A DNA stretch of 64,000 nucleotides from the human T2T-CHM13v2.0 reference genome, Homo sapiens. The stretch is from assembly GCF_009914755.1 (NCBI RefSeq), contig NC_060932.1, one strand, 5' to 3'. The position numbers and the translations under genes are program-made. Of the stretch, positions 40,944 to 54,704 are shown piece after piece; positions within the stretch are counted from its first letter, which is position 1, and each line of letters opens with the position of its first letter. The notes below the pieces were generated by a model. The model was not told where the DNA came from and ran no database searches. It was given only the letters and a program-made list of their open reading frames with translations.

Positions 40944-43900
40944 GGCCATTCCACTTGGGGTGAGATGATATCTCATTGTGGTTTTTATTTGTATTTCCCT
41001 GAGGTTTAGTGATATTGAGTATTTTTTAATACAGCTATTGGCCATTTGTATGTCTTCTTTTGAGAAATGTTTATTCATGACCTTAGCCTACTTTTAAATG
41101 GAATTATTTGTTTTTGTTGTTGTTGAGTTGTTTGAGTTCCTTGTATATTCTGGATATTAGACCCCTGCTGAATGCATACTTTGCAAATATTTTCTGCCAT
41201 TTAACAGGCTGGCTCTTCAGTTTTGATTGTTTCCTATGTTGTGCAGAAGTATTTTAGTTTAATATAGTCTCATTTATCTATTTCTGTTTTTTTTGTTTTC
41301 TGGGCCTTTAAGGTCTAATCCATAAAATATTTGCTTAGACCAATGTCCTGAGACATTTCCCCTATGTTTTCTTCTAGTGGTTTTATAGTTTTGGGTCTTT
41401 CATTTAAGTCTTCAATCCATCTTGAGTTGATTTTTGTATATGGTGAGAGATAGAAATCCAATTTCATTGTTCTGCATATGGATATCCAGTTTTCCCAGCA
41501 CCGTTTACTGAAAACAGAGTTCTTTTCCTAGTATGTTCTTGTTGTCTTTGTAAAAAAAAAAATTAGTTGGCTGTAAATACATGGATTTATTTTGGAGTTC
41601 TCTATTCTGTTCCATTAGTTTGTGTGTCTGTTTTTATACCAATTACATGCTGTTGTGGTTACTATAATTTTGTAGTATATTTTGATGTCAGGTAGTATAA
41701 TGCCTCCAACTTTGTTCTTTGTGCTGAAGATAGCTTTGACTATTCAGCCTCTTTTTTTGTTTCCATGTGAATTTTAGGATTGTTTTTCCTATTTCTGTGA
41801 AAAATGACATGGGTATTTTGATAGGGCGTGCATTGAATATGTAGATTGCTTTAGGTAGTATGGTCATTTCCATTTGTGTCCTCTTCAGTGTCTTTCTTCA
41901 GTGCTTTGTAGTTTTTCTTGTAGTGGTCTTTCGCCTTCTTGGTTAAATTTATTCGTAGGTATTTTATTTTGGTAGCTATTGTAAATGGAATTACCTTCTT
42001 GATTTCTTTCTCAGATAGTTCATTATTGGTGTTATAAATACTACTGATTTTTGTATGTCGATTTTGTGTCCTGCAACTTTACTAAACTTTTTTTTTTAAT
42101 CAATTCTAAGTTTTTTGGTGAGGTCCTTAGGTTTTCTAGATATGGGATCATGCCATCTGCAAAGATGGACAATTTGACATCTTCTTTTCCAAGGTGGATG
42201 CTATTTAAGTGTTTTATTTATTTATTTAGCCTGATTACTCTGCCTGGGATTACCAGTACTATATTGACTAGGAATGGTGAAAGTGGACATCCTTGTCTTG
42301 TTCCGGTCCTTAGAAGAAAATCTTTTCTGCTTTTCCCCATTTATATGATGTTAGCTGTGAGTTTATCATATATGGCCTTTATTATATTGAGATATGTTCC
42401 TTCTATGCCTTGTTTGTTGAGAGTTTTCATCATTAAAGAATGTTAAATTTTATCAAACGCTTTTTCTGTATCTATTGAGGTGATATGGTTCTTGTCCTTC
42501 ATTATGTTGATGTGATGTTTTACCTTTATTGATATGTATATGTTGAACTATCCTTATATCTCTGGCAAAAATCCCACTTAATCATGGTGTATTAGCTGTT
42601 TGATGTGCTGTTGGATTTGTTTTGCTAGTATTTTGTTGAGGATTTTTACATGTATGTTCATCAAACATATCGATTTCAGTTTTATTATTGTTGCATCCTT
42701 GTCTTGTTTTAATATCAAGGTAATGCTGGCCTCATAGAATTAATTAGAGAGAATTTTCTGTGCTTCAATTTTTTGAAATAGTTTGAAGAGAATTGGTATT
42801 AGTTTTTTGTAAATTTGGTAGAATTCTGCAGTGGAGCCATCTGCTCCTGACTTTTCTTTGTTGGCAGAGACTTTATTACTGAGTCAATTTCATCATTAGT
42901 CTGTTCAGGTTTACTGTTTCTTCTCGATTCAATCTTGGTAGGTGTATATATCCAGAAATTTGTTTATTTCTTCTGGGTTTTCAAGCTTGTTAGTGAATAG
43001 TTGTTCATAATATACTCTCATCTTTTATATTTCTGTGGTATCACTTATATGTCTTGGTTTTTATTTCTGATTTTATTTGGATTTTCTTTTTTCTTGGTTG
43101 GTGTAGCTAGTGCTTTATCAATTTTTGCTTTTTTCCCAAAAAGCCAGCTCTTTGTTTCATTGGCTCCTTGTATTTTTTTTAGTCTCTATTTTGTGTAGTT
43201 CTGCTCTGATCTTTATTCTTTTCTTCTATTAACTTTCGATTTTGTTTGATTTTGCATTTTTTTTGTAATTTTTTGAGACTTGTTTTGTGTCCCAGCATAT
43301 GGTCTATCCTGGAGAATGTCCCATTTGCTGGTCAGAAGAATTTGTATTCTATAGCTATTATACAAAATGTTCTATAAATATCTGTTAGCTCTATTTGGCC
43401 TACAGTGCAATTTAAATCCTATGCTTTTTTGTTAATTTGCTGTCTATATTATCTTTCTAATGCTGAGAGTGGAGTATTGAAGTCCCCAATTATTATTGTA
43501 TTGGAGATTATATTTCCCTTTAGATCTAGTGAAATTTGCTTTATATATCTGGGTCCTCCAGTACTGAGTGCATATATGTTTAGAATTGTTATGTCCTCTT
43601 GCTGAATTGATCCCTTTATTACATAACAACCTTCTTTGCCTCTCTTTACTGTTTTTGACTTAAAGTCTGTTTTAATTGACATAAGTACAGCTATTCCTGC
43701 TTGTTTTTGGTTTCTGATTGCATGGAATATCTGAATATCATTTTCCATACCTTTACTTTCAGCCTATACATCTTTAAAGGTGAGATGAGTATCTTGTTGG
43801 CGCACCTAATTGGGTCATTTTTTAAAATCTATTCAGCCAGTCTGTATCTTTTAAGATAAAAGTTTAATCTATTTACACTCAAAGTTGTTATTGATATTGG

Positions 43901-46610
43901 AGGCTTGGTTATTCATGTCATTTTATTTACTGATTTCTTGTTGGCTTGTATTTTCTTTGTTCCTTTCTCGCTGTTTATCATTGTGCTTTGGTGGTTTTCT
44001 GTAGGGGTAACATTTGAGTTCTTTCTCTTCCTCATTTGTATGTTAACTCTATGAGTGGGTTTTATACTTTCATGTGTTTTCATGATGGCAGATAACGTAT
44101 TTTTGCTTCCCTTAATCAATTTTTGTAGGGCTGGTCTAGTGATGATTAATTTCCTTAGCTTTTGTTTATCTGGAAAAGTCTTTATTTCTCCTTTATTGGT
44201 GAATGATAACTTCGTTGGGTATATACTTTTTTTCTTTGAGCACTTTGAATAAACCACTCCATTCTCTCCTGGCCTGTAAAGTTTCTGCTGAGAAATCCAC
44301 TGTTAGTCTGATGGGGGTTTTCTTATAAGTGACTGAAAACTTTTCTCTTGCTGTTTTGAGAATTCTGTCTTTGACTTTTGACAACTTGACTATAATGTGC
44401 CATGGAGAAAACCTTTTGCATTTGTCTGTTTGGAAATCTCTGAGCTTCCTATATCTGGCTATCTAAATCCTTGGTAGACTTGGGAATTTTTCAGCTATTA
44501 TTTCATTAAATATGTTTTCTATCCCTTTTGTTTTCTCTTTGCCTTTTGGGACACAGAAAATTTGAATATTTGGTCATGTTATGTGTTCCATCTGTCATGT
44601 AGGCTTTGTTTATTCTTTTATAAAATTTTTTATTTGACTGAATGATTTTGAAAGACCTGTCTTCAGGTTTTGAATTCTTTCTTCTGCTTGACTTAGTCTG
44701 TTGTTGAAACTCTCAAGTATATTTGTCATTGATTGAATGAATTCTTTAGTTCCAGAGTTTCTGTTTGGTTGTTTTTAATGATACCTATCTCTTTGGTAAA
44801 TTTCTCATTCATATCCTGAATTGTTTTTCTGATTTCTTTATATTTTTCTTCTCTTGTATGTCACCTTCTTTAATATCATTATTTTGAATTCTTTTCCCAG
44901 GATTTCATAAATTTCTTAATGGATTCTATTGGTGGAGAATTATTGTGTTCCTTTGGTGGTGTCATATTTTCTTTTTTATATCTCCTTTGTCCTTACATTG
45001 ATATCTGTGCTTCTGATGTGACAGTCACTTCTTTCAATTTTTTCAATTTGCTCTTGTAGGGGAGGACTTTTTCCTGAAAATGTATCCATGGTGTTGGCTG
45101 GGAGGGTACTTTGCCTTTGATTCTGAATGCATGCGGTGATGTGTGCATATCATTTCATTAGCTATAAACAATATCAGTAGCATCGGTGATTTCCTCAGTG
45201 GCTTAGGGTGCCATGTCAGTAGAGGTTGTGGTAAGTTATGCTTGGAATGGAGATATCAGGTGGGCCCCAGTGGTGTCAGTGGTAGGCTGACTATGCTTGT
45301 TCCTGTAACCCAGGGTGGTATACACTAGCACCAGTGTCAGTGGGTTCAGGCAGACCAATTCTTGGGCCTCTGGCTGGCTGGCTTGGGTGCCAGCAGTGGC
45401 ATTAGTGGGCTGGGTGAGCGAGTGGGTCTTTGGGCTCCTGTGCAGTGTGGCATGGACAATGGTATTAGCAGTGTCAGGACAATCCCCTGGCTTCCAAGTA
45501 GTCTGCACTGGTGTCAGTAGTGACTGTGACAGACTTGGTGGGCCAGTCCCCAGGCCTGCAGGTGGGTGTCAGCTATGGTTGTAGCAGCAGGTTGGATGGG
45601 CTTATCCTCAGGCTTCCAGAAGGAATGCTCAGATGCCAGTATTGGTGGATGAGTCAGGGTAATCTCCAGGCCCCCAGATGGGGTTGGAGATGCTTGGTTG
45701 GGCACTAGGGGGAGCACTTGGTCAGGCACTAGTGGGAGTGGAGTTGGTCCAGGTGGGACTGTCCTCAGGCGCCTCGCTAATGTGTGCAGGTGCTGGCTGT
45801 AGTAGGCATGGATGGGGTGATCCCAGGCCCCTGGCAGAATGCTCAAGTGCAAGAGGAAATGGCTGTGCAGCATCCCCACTGCTGGGGAAGGTGGGCTTAT
45901 TTTAAGTGGCAGTAGCCATAAATGGAAGTCTGGGAAGCAAACACTTTGGCCCCAGGTGTTGGCCTTATAAATGGGGTACCCTTTCCTTAGGACACATTTA
46001 AATGTACTGTGGTGCTGCTACTGGAGGTGAAAGGATTACTGCCAATAGTTAGGCTTTGGCCCTGGCAGCAGCAGTCAGCAGTGGTATACAACTGTGGGCA
46101 GGGGATGTCAGTGGGGTTCCAGATATATCAATGTTGGGCCCCAGGGCAGAATCCAGTTTGGTGAGGGATGTGCTCTCAAAATGGTGCCCTGCTGTAGCTG
46201 CTTAGGACTTGGAGGATATGTGGGACCCAGTGTGAGCTCCCTCTCTGGAGCAATCTGTTATGTAGTCTCCAGGCAGATCCTTATGTTAGTCTAAGGGCCT
46301 GTGAGGGTTGAGGGGCTCTCCTCTATGGCTAGGATTAAAGGAGTCCATGATGGGAATGTGTACCACTGGGGGTTATTCACCTACCCTTCTCCCTCATGGG
46401 GAAGCCTCTCCTGGCTCCAAGCCAATCCTGATGGAGCAGGCTGCCTCACTTTTTTCTCCTTCCTTGCTTTGGGTATTTTCTGTCACTTCTCTATTGAATT
46501 CCAGCATCCTCTCTTAGGTGATCTATTAAAGTATGATTATCTACTTGCTGTTTTGTTTCTTCTTTGTGGAGGAGGCAAGTAACAGATGACTAGTCAGCCA
46601 TTGAAGCCCC
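40944..46610 (-). mobile_element. Long decayed L1 (L1M/L1MA-type): ORF2, ORF1 and GC-richer 5' UTR; 3' UTR missing
   Basis: ORF 43449-43748 encodes L1 endonuclease motifs (IKGSIQQEDITILNIYA..IIIGDFNTPLSAL); 41688-41873 matches ORF2 ([17 protein letters not shown]); 43913-44384 matches ORF1 (PIRLTVDFSAETLQARREW, FPDKQKLR). All are broken by stops and frameshifts. Confidence 0.92.
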
Positions 46611-46619
46611 TGGCATCAC

Positions 46620-49600
46620 ATTTTTTTCATCTACTAATCTATTAATGGACATTTGGGCTGCTTTAACCTCCAGGCTATTGAGAATAATGCTGCAATGAAC
46701 ATGGAAGTGCAACTACCTCTTCAAAATCCTCCTTTCAGTTTTCTTGGATATATACCCAGAAGTGGGATTGCTGGATCATATGGTAATTCTCTTTTTTAAC
46801 GTGTTGACAAATTTCTTTGCTGTTTTCTCTAGCAGCTACACCATTTTACTATTTCCACCAATAATGCCTAAGTGTTCCAGCTTCTCCATGTCCTCAGTGA
46901 CACTAGTTCTTTCCTCGGTGTGTGTGTTTTTTACAACGGCCATCCTAATGGCTGTGATGTGTTACTGAGATTTTCATTTCTTTTATGACTAGTGATATTG
47001 AGCATCTTTACATGTTTTTTGGTCATTTGTATATCTTCTTTAGAGAACGGTCTATTCAAATCCTTTGCCCATTTTTAAATCAGATTATTTGTTGATGTTT
47101 TTGAGTTGTAGGAATTCTTTATGCATATTGGATATTACTCCCTACATGGTTTGCAACTATTTCTTCTAATTTCTTCCAATTAAATAGGTTATCTTTTTCA
47201 CTCTGTTGAGTGTTTTCTTTGCTGCACAGAAGTGTTTAAGTTTGATGTAGTCCCATTTGTCTATTATTGCATTTGTTGCCTGTGCTTTTGTGATCATATC
47301 CAAGAAATTACTGCCAAATCTAATATTATAAGATTTTCCCTGGAGTTTTCTCCTATAAAAACCTATAATTTCAAGTTTTCTATTTAGATCTTTAACCCAT
47401 TTTGAGTTAATTTTTATATATGGTGTAAGGTAAGAGTCTAATTTTATTCTTTGCCTATGAATGTAAAATTTTCCAAATACCATTTGTTGAAGAGACTACT
47501 CTTTCCTTACTATGTAGCCATGGTGCCTTTGTTGAAGATCATGTAACCGTATACATTAGAGACTATTTCTGGGCTGTCTATTCTGTTCCATTAGTCTATT
47601 TGTATGTCTTTGTGTCAGTATCATACTCTTTTGATTAATGTAGCTTTGTAATATGTTTCGAAATCAGAAAGTGTGAGTTCTCTAGCTTTGCTGTTTCTCA
47701 ATTTTGTTTTGGCCACTTAGGGTCCTTTGAGATTCCATATAAATTTTAGAATGTTTTCTATTTTTGAAAGAAAAACTAATGATATTTTGATAAGGATTGC
47801 ATTTAATCTACAAATTACTTTGGGTGGTATGGATATATCAACAATATTGTCTTCCAATCCATGAACGTGTGATACCTTTCAATTTATTTGCATCTTTAAA
47901 CATTTCTTTTATCTATGTTTTATAGTTTTCAGTATACAAGTCTTTTACCTCCTTGGCTAAGCATATTCCTAAGTATTTTATTCTTTTCAATGCTATAGGA
48001 AATGAGATTGTTTTCTTACTTTCCTTGTTGGATTATTCATGGTTAGCACATAGAAATGCAAATAATTTTTGTGTCTTGATTTTTTTTTTGCAAATTTGTG
48101 GAATTTATTAAGTCCAACAGGCTTGTTTTTCGTGGAATTTTTAGGGTTGTCCACATAAGATCATGTCATCTGTAGAATAGAGATAATTTATCTTTCCTTT
48201 CAAATTTGTGACTTTTATTTCTTTTTCTGCTTAATTGCTCTGGCTGAGACTTGTAGTATTGTTGAATACAAGTGGCAAGAGGGGGCATCTTTTCTTTATT
48301 CCTCTTATTAGATGAAAACATTCAGTTTTTCAATGTTGAGTATATTAGCTTTGGACTTTTTGTATATATAGCCTTGATTATGTTAAGGTAATTTTTATTC
48401 ACACTTTGTTGGGTGTTTTTATTAGGAAAGGGTATTGTATTTTGTCAAATACTTTTTCTACATCAATTGAGATAATCATGTGGTTTTGCTTTTTATTTAA
48501 TGTATTTGGTTAATGTTGTGTATTGCATTGATTTTTTTTCATTTACTGAGCCATCCTTGCATTCTAAGAATAAATCCAACCTAGTCATGGTGCATAATCC
48601 CTTTATGCGCCTTTATGCACTGAACTGGCAAATTCAGTTTGCCAATATTTTGTTGAGGATTTTTGCATCAATATTCATCAGGGATGTTGGTCTGTTGTTT
48701 CCTGTCTCAAAGTATCTTTGTCTGATTTTAATATCAGGGTAATACTGGTACCATATAGTGAATTTGGAAGTGTTCCTTCCTCTTAATTTTTGGAAAAGTT
48801 TGAGAAGGATTGGGATTAATTTTTCTTTAAATTTTTGATAGAATTTTCCAGCGAAGCCAGCTGGTCCTGATCTTTTCTTTGTTGGGAGATTTTTGATTAC
48901 TGATTTATTCTCCTTGCTAGATGTAGGTATGCTGACATCTTAAAATTTACTCATGATTCAGTCCTGGTAGGTTGTATGTTTCTAGGACATTTGCTATATC
49001 CCATAAAGTTTTGGTTTGTTGTGTTTTCACTTTTCTCGAGATATTTTCCAATTTCCTTTGTGATTTCTTCTTTTACCCATCGGTTGCTCAAGAGTATATT
49101 GCTTAATTTCCACATGTAAGTGAATTTTCCAGTTTGATTTGTTTAATTGATTTCCAGTTTTATTCCGTTTTATTCAGAAAAGATATTGGTATGACTCCAG
49201 TCATTTTAAATTTGTTAAGAATTGTTTTGTGGCCTAACATGTGATCTATCTTGATGAATATTTCATGTGTGCTTGAGGAGAATGTGTATTTTGCTGTTCT
49301 TGAGTGGAATGTTATGTGTCTATCTGTTGGGTTCAATTAGTCTATAGTGATGTCTAAGTCATGTTTCTATATTGATTTTATCTGATATAAGTATGGCCAC
49401 CTCTGCTTTTTTTGGTCACCATTTACATAGATTATCTTATTCCATCCTTTCATCTTCAGCCTATGTGTGTCTTTAGATTTGAAGTGACTCACCTACAGGC
49501 AACTACTTTGATCCTTTTTTTAATCCATGTAGCTACTCTGTGTCTGTTTATTGAGTTTAATCCATTTACATGTAAAGTAATTACTGATAGGGAAGGACTT

Positions 49601-51590
49601 ACTGCCATTTGGTTAATTGTTTTCTCTATATGTCTTAATTTTGTCTCTCTTTTCCTCCCTTGCTTCCTTCCTTTGTGTTTTATTGTTTTGTAGTGGCATG
49701 CTTTATTTCTCATTTTCTTTTGTATATCTTCTATAGGTGTTTTATTTTTGGTCATCATTGAGATTTTTTAAAACTCTTAATTGCAACAATTTATTTTAAA
49801 TGGATAACAACTTCAGTTAAATACAGAAACTCTGCTCCTTATATCCCCTACACCACTTTAACTTATTGATGTCACAAATTACATGTTTTTGTATTTTGCA
49901 TTATTAATATATTTTATAATTATATTTATGCTTTTACATTTTAAATTCTATACCAGAATTAAAACTGTTTACATACCACCATTACAGAATTACAGGATTC
50001 TATTTGTCTGTATATTTACCCATATCAAAGACTTTTATATTTTTTATGTGCTTTCATGTTGCTGTCTGGAGTTATTTCATTTAAACCTAAAGCGTTCCTT
50101 TAGCATTTATTTTAAGACAGGTCTTTCCAGTGAGAAACTCCCTTAGTTTTGTTTACCTGGAAAGGTCTTGGTTTTTTCTTCATTTTTAAAGGTAAGTTTT
50201 GCTGGATATAGCATAGATAGACATAGAAAGATAGACAATATCCTTGGTTAGCAGGTTTTTTTTTTTTTTTAAGCTCTTCAAATAAATCATCCCACTCCTT
50301 TCTGTCTGGTAATGTTTCTGCTGAGAAACCCACTGGTAATATTATTTAAGCTCCCTAGTATGTCATGAGTTATTTGTTTCTTGGTGGTTTCAAAATTCTC
50401 TCCTTGCCTTTGACTTTTGACAATTAGATTACAATATGTTTCCGTGTGGGTTGCTTTAAATTCATCTTAGAGTGCTTTGAGTTTTTCACATTTGAATGCC
50501 CGTTTAGTCCAATTGGTCTGAGGAGTATATTGGTCCATTCTTGCATTGCTGTAAAGAAATACCTGAGATTGGGTAATTCATGAAGAAATGAGGTTTAATT
50601 GGTTCATGGTTCCTCAGGCTATACAGAAAGCATGATGCTGGCATCTGCTTGTCCTCTGGAAAGGCCTCAAGAAACTTACAATCATGGCAGCAGGCCAAGG
50701 AGGAGCAGGCATGTCACATGGCTGGAGCAAGAGCAAGAGAGTGAACAGGAAGGTGCCACACGCTTTTAAATGACCAGATCTCACAAGAACTCACACTGTC
50801 ACAAGGACAGTACCGGGGGGGATGGTGCTAAACCATTCATGAGAAATCCAACATCATGATCCAATCACATCCCGCTAGGCCCCACTTCCAACACTGGGGA
50901 TTATTCCTCAACATGAGATTTGGTGGGGACACAGATCCAAACTATATCAGGGAGAAATCAATGATTTCTTCAAAATAAACTCTGTATCCCTTTTTCTCTC
51001 TCTTCTCCTTTTTGGATTCTCATATGTAAATATTGTTCCACTTGGTAATGTACCATAAGTTCCTTAGGCTTTCTTCATTTTTCTTTTTGTTCCTCTGGCT
51101 CAGTCATATCAAATGACCTGTCTTGAATTTGGTCATACTGCAGGTTCTCTGGTGCTACAACAAGCCACTGAGTTGTTCTTTGTTCAGAGTGCTCCTAGAT
51201 GTCAAAGTTCTGCCAGTTCCCCAACACAGCTTCAAGTAAGGCAAGCTATAAATCTATCTTTTGTCAGCCTGTGCCCAAACTAGAATGTTAGACGTATTTT
51301 CCACACTTCTCTTTCTCTCGCAAGGGAGAAGCTGCGAGTTGGGCATTTCCTCTCAATTGCACCAAGCTGTGCTGGCTTGAGGAAAGAACTTTAGTGGGTG
51401 AAATGCAATTGTTTTTCTTGTTTCAGTGCAACTGTTTATAGTTTTGTGCTTGTCTATGGTACTGTGATGTCTTAACTGGTTTCTGAATTCCTCATAAAAG
51501 CTTTTTGAATTGTATATTGCTGTTAAGTCACTGTCTACAGCAGAAGGAGGTCTGGGGCTTTCTATTCTGCCATCTTTGCTGATACAACTC
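46620..51590 (-). mobile_element. Second long decayed L1M (ORF2/ORF1/5' end), interrupted by MSTA
   Basis: ORF 47166-47483 (LDSYLTPYIKINSKWVKDLN..DKWDYIKLKHFC); 49489-49758 ORF2 N-terminus (SVITLHVNGLNS); 50112-50333 ORF1 (FSAETL..EWDD). Confidence 0.9.
50526..50949 (-). mobile_element. MSTA MaLR solo LTR
   Basis: tatattggtccattcttgcattgctgtaaagaaatacctgag..ggggacacagatccaaactatatca; near-TSD aggag/gggag. Confidence 0.9.
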
Positions 51591-51699
51591 TCCCAGGAGC
51601 TGTTTATGTAAACAGTGAATAATTCTGTGCCTCAGATGGCATGGCCTTGTTCCTGAACCCCAGGAGACTGTATTGCGACTCAACTATTAATGCTTGGGA

Positions 51700-53950
51700 G
51701 AAATTCTAAAGTTTAATCTACTGTGCTAACTTCTGGCAACATTAGATATGCCAAGTCATATGCCCCTAGTGGCAGGACCGATTGCTTCAGAGCTAGAACA
51801 TGTTGCAGAGGTCTCCCTTGTTCTGGTCACCACTCAAAATTGGCACTCTTTCATATTACCCACTAAATGACTTAAGCAATATTCCCCAGCATGGCATATG
51901 CTCTCTCCAAAATGTAAAGAGGTTTGCCAAGTACTTTCTTAGTAGTAAGAGGTACAGGGTGCAATAACTTGTCATTTACCTTGGAGGGAATATCCCAAAA
52001 TGCCCTAGACTGTTGGTTTCCTCCTGATAATTTGGAAGGTGCTTGAATTGTACAGATAATATTTCTGATCCTTTGTCATGCATGTATCTTACTAGGCCAT
52101 CCAGAGTACTTATCACTTCCTATTTACTAGATTTAGTTTATATGATGTCATTACTATCATAACATTATTACCATTTAGCTTACATGATGTCATTACTTTC
52201 ATGAGGAGATCACCATGATGTTCTGCAAAATGTCAAGATTCTCAAGGTACCTTGCTGAGAAAGGAAAGCTAACAAAAGCCTAGGACAAGTCGATATATAA
52301 GGTTTGCAGTTCATTCTAAGTGAATGAAGACAGCTTTTGATGCTCCTTCTTGATGGGCATTGAAAGAAGGCATGTACGATATCAAGAGCTGTATGCCAAA
52401 TTCCAGAGGATGTTTTGATCTTCCTAGTAAATCTTCTACTTCCAGCACATTGACTATGCTTGTGGCTACCAGTTGATTAAGTTAATGTAGTCCAACATCA
52501 TCTTCCATGACTTTCACCATCTAATTTTCACCAGATTGGTGAATTAAGTAGGGACGTGATGAAGACTACCTCTTCTGCTTTCCTTAAGTCTTTGAGGGTG
52601 ACGCTAGTCTTTGCCATTTTATCTAGCATGCAGTATTGTTCCTGATTTGCTATCTTGGTGGGGTTGTGAGGGAATTTTAGTATCTTACACTTGGTCTTTA
52701 CTATCCTTTTATAATGGGTCTTTTCCAAAGTTTAGGAAATGTTTGTAATTGTATCCATCCTGATTATGCCTCAAGGAACTGAGGAGAAACCACAGGGTGG
52801 GTTGGTGGACCCACTATTACTGTGAGATGGACTTCAAACCACTCCACTGTCATCTTTTCATGACACTGTATCAGAGGGGTCATTACGGCATTTTGTGTTC
52901 CCTGAAATCAGTTTTAACTCAGACCCATTATCTAGCAGCTCTCGAAAAAGATAGCCTCCTTTCCTTATCATAGAGTTTCTTTGGGAAATGGGTGTAGATT
53001 CTTTTAGGGAATATACTTGTATTGCAGGGACTTTCCTCAAAGAGACCTAGATTTCCATGTAGTAAATAGGCTCTACATCTGAGAACTACTGCACATATGG
53101 CAACTGGGAAAAAGATTGTGACTTACAATTGTAGTGCCTAAGATCAAGCTTCTCACTTATTGTTGATATTTTCTGTTTTATAAATCAAGCAATACTTTCA
53201 TTGGTTGTTCATTTATCTTACCCCAAAGAAAATTATGATCTATGGGCTTTGCCATAGACCTCTGTGAGCCAAGACCCCTGTTGCTCTCCATCATGTAAGA
53301 ATATCTATCTCGCCTAAGTAGTTAAGTACTGCCACATGGTCTCTGAAATTCCAGAATCTTATATTCCTACCTCCGTTAGGGATTCCAGATCCACTGCAGT
53401 ACCTCCTGTCATTAAGCCTGGGTACAGAGGAGAGCCGCTCCTGTGCTTCTCAGTGGTGATGACGCTACTCTCACTGGCAAATTTCTTATTACTTTAATAA
53501 AAAGAATTGGAAATATAACATGGCAGATTTTCTGAAAAAGAGAGATCTTAACCAATCCATTCTGCTACATTCACCTCTCAGAACTATATGACTCCTTCTC
53601 TAATACTCTGCCAAGTTTCCACCTCATTTTCTGTAGGCCTTCATTGTTTCCAGGCTTCAAAGAGCCATTCTCACAACACATGAGGATGGACTCCAGGCAT
53701 TCTTGCCAAAATGTTAAATCATGATTCAAGAAAGAGGATCCCATATCAGTAAACTCTCCTCTATCCAGCCTTATATTTCATCCTTTCTGGTCTACTACCC
53801 TCAAGCTCCAGTCCAAAACATGTTCTTCTAGTTCCTGCTAGAACATCGTACCAGCCAAGTCCTGACGCTTGGTGAATAATCTCTTTATTCTTGTAGCAAG
53901 AAGAATAAATTATTACTTTGAGGCATACTGTCTTTATATATGACTCTCTA
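51700..53950 (-). mobile_element. ERVL-class internal remnant (gag-pro-pol), pseudogenised
   Basis: Protease-like FRELLDNGSELKLISG (52858-53040); RT N-terminal VVFITSLLNSPIW (52528-52728); RT motif SGIWHTALDIVHAFF (rc of ~52362-52406). Confidence 0.85.
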
Positions 53951-54009
53951 AACAATGAAGGAAGGCAGAATAGATGTTGAGGAGATAAGCATCATTTTGT
54001 GAGATACTT

Positions 54010-54704
54010 ATGAAACCTCTGAATAATGCATGACAAATTACCCCCGAAACCTAGTATCTTAAAGTAATAAACATTTATGATCTCACACAATTCTGAAGAT
54101 TAGGACTCTAGAGCAGCTTAGCTTGAAGATTCTAGCTCAGGATTTCCCATGTTGCTGCAGTCAGGATATTGGCTGGGGCTGTATTATCTGAAGCCTTATC
54201 TGAGAATCTGGAGGAGCCAGTTCCAAGGTGGTCACTCACATGGATGTTCACTGGAAATCTCAGTTCCTCACCATTAAGATACCTCCATAAGGCTGCCTGA
54301 GTGCCATCGCAATGTGGCAGATAACTTCCCCAGTGTGTGTAATAGAAAAGAGAAAGGAGGAACAATGCACAATGCCTTTTATTTCCATTGATTAATTGAT
54401 TTGAATGATTGACAGGGTCCCACTTTGTCACCCAGGCTGGAGTGCAGTGGCACAATCATAGCACATTGTAACCTCAAACTCTTGAGCTTAAGCAATCCTC
54501 CTGCCTCAGCCTCCTGAGTAGCTGGGACTACAGGCACACACTACCATGCCTAGTCTTAGAAACCACATACTGTCACTTCTGCAATATTCTATTGTTAGAC
54601 ATGAGTCACTAAATCCAGCCCTCATTGAAGGGGCAGGGCTTTAAGCTCTACTTTTTGAAGAGAGGAGTATAAAATAATTTATGGGCTTATTTTAAAACTA
54701 CCAC
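54010..54704 (-). mobile_element. MLT1 (F/G-like) MaLR LTR interrupted by an Alu monomer
   Basis: acaaattacccc..aaacctagtatcttaaag..gatctcacac..; actgtcacttctgcaatattctattg..ttaaaactaccaca. Confidence 0.75.
54410..54553 (-). mobile_element. FRAM/Alu right monomer
   Basis: gacagggtcc..cccaggctggagtgcagtggcacaatcatagc..gctgggactacaggcacac. Confidence 0.88.

Noticed and set aside
40944-51590. L1 ORF1/ORF2 peptides as active genes
   Set aside because: Fragmented by many stops, frameshifts and deletions; retrotransposition-dead.
51760-51780. CTCF-like motif (rc ccactaggggca)
   Set aside because: Imperfect core inside ERVL sequence; insufficient evidence.
51700-53950. Possible domesticated ERVL gag/pol gene
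   Set aside because: Only ~60-aa fragments remain, the protease DTG motif is altered to DNG, and RT is frameshifted.
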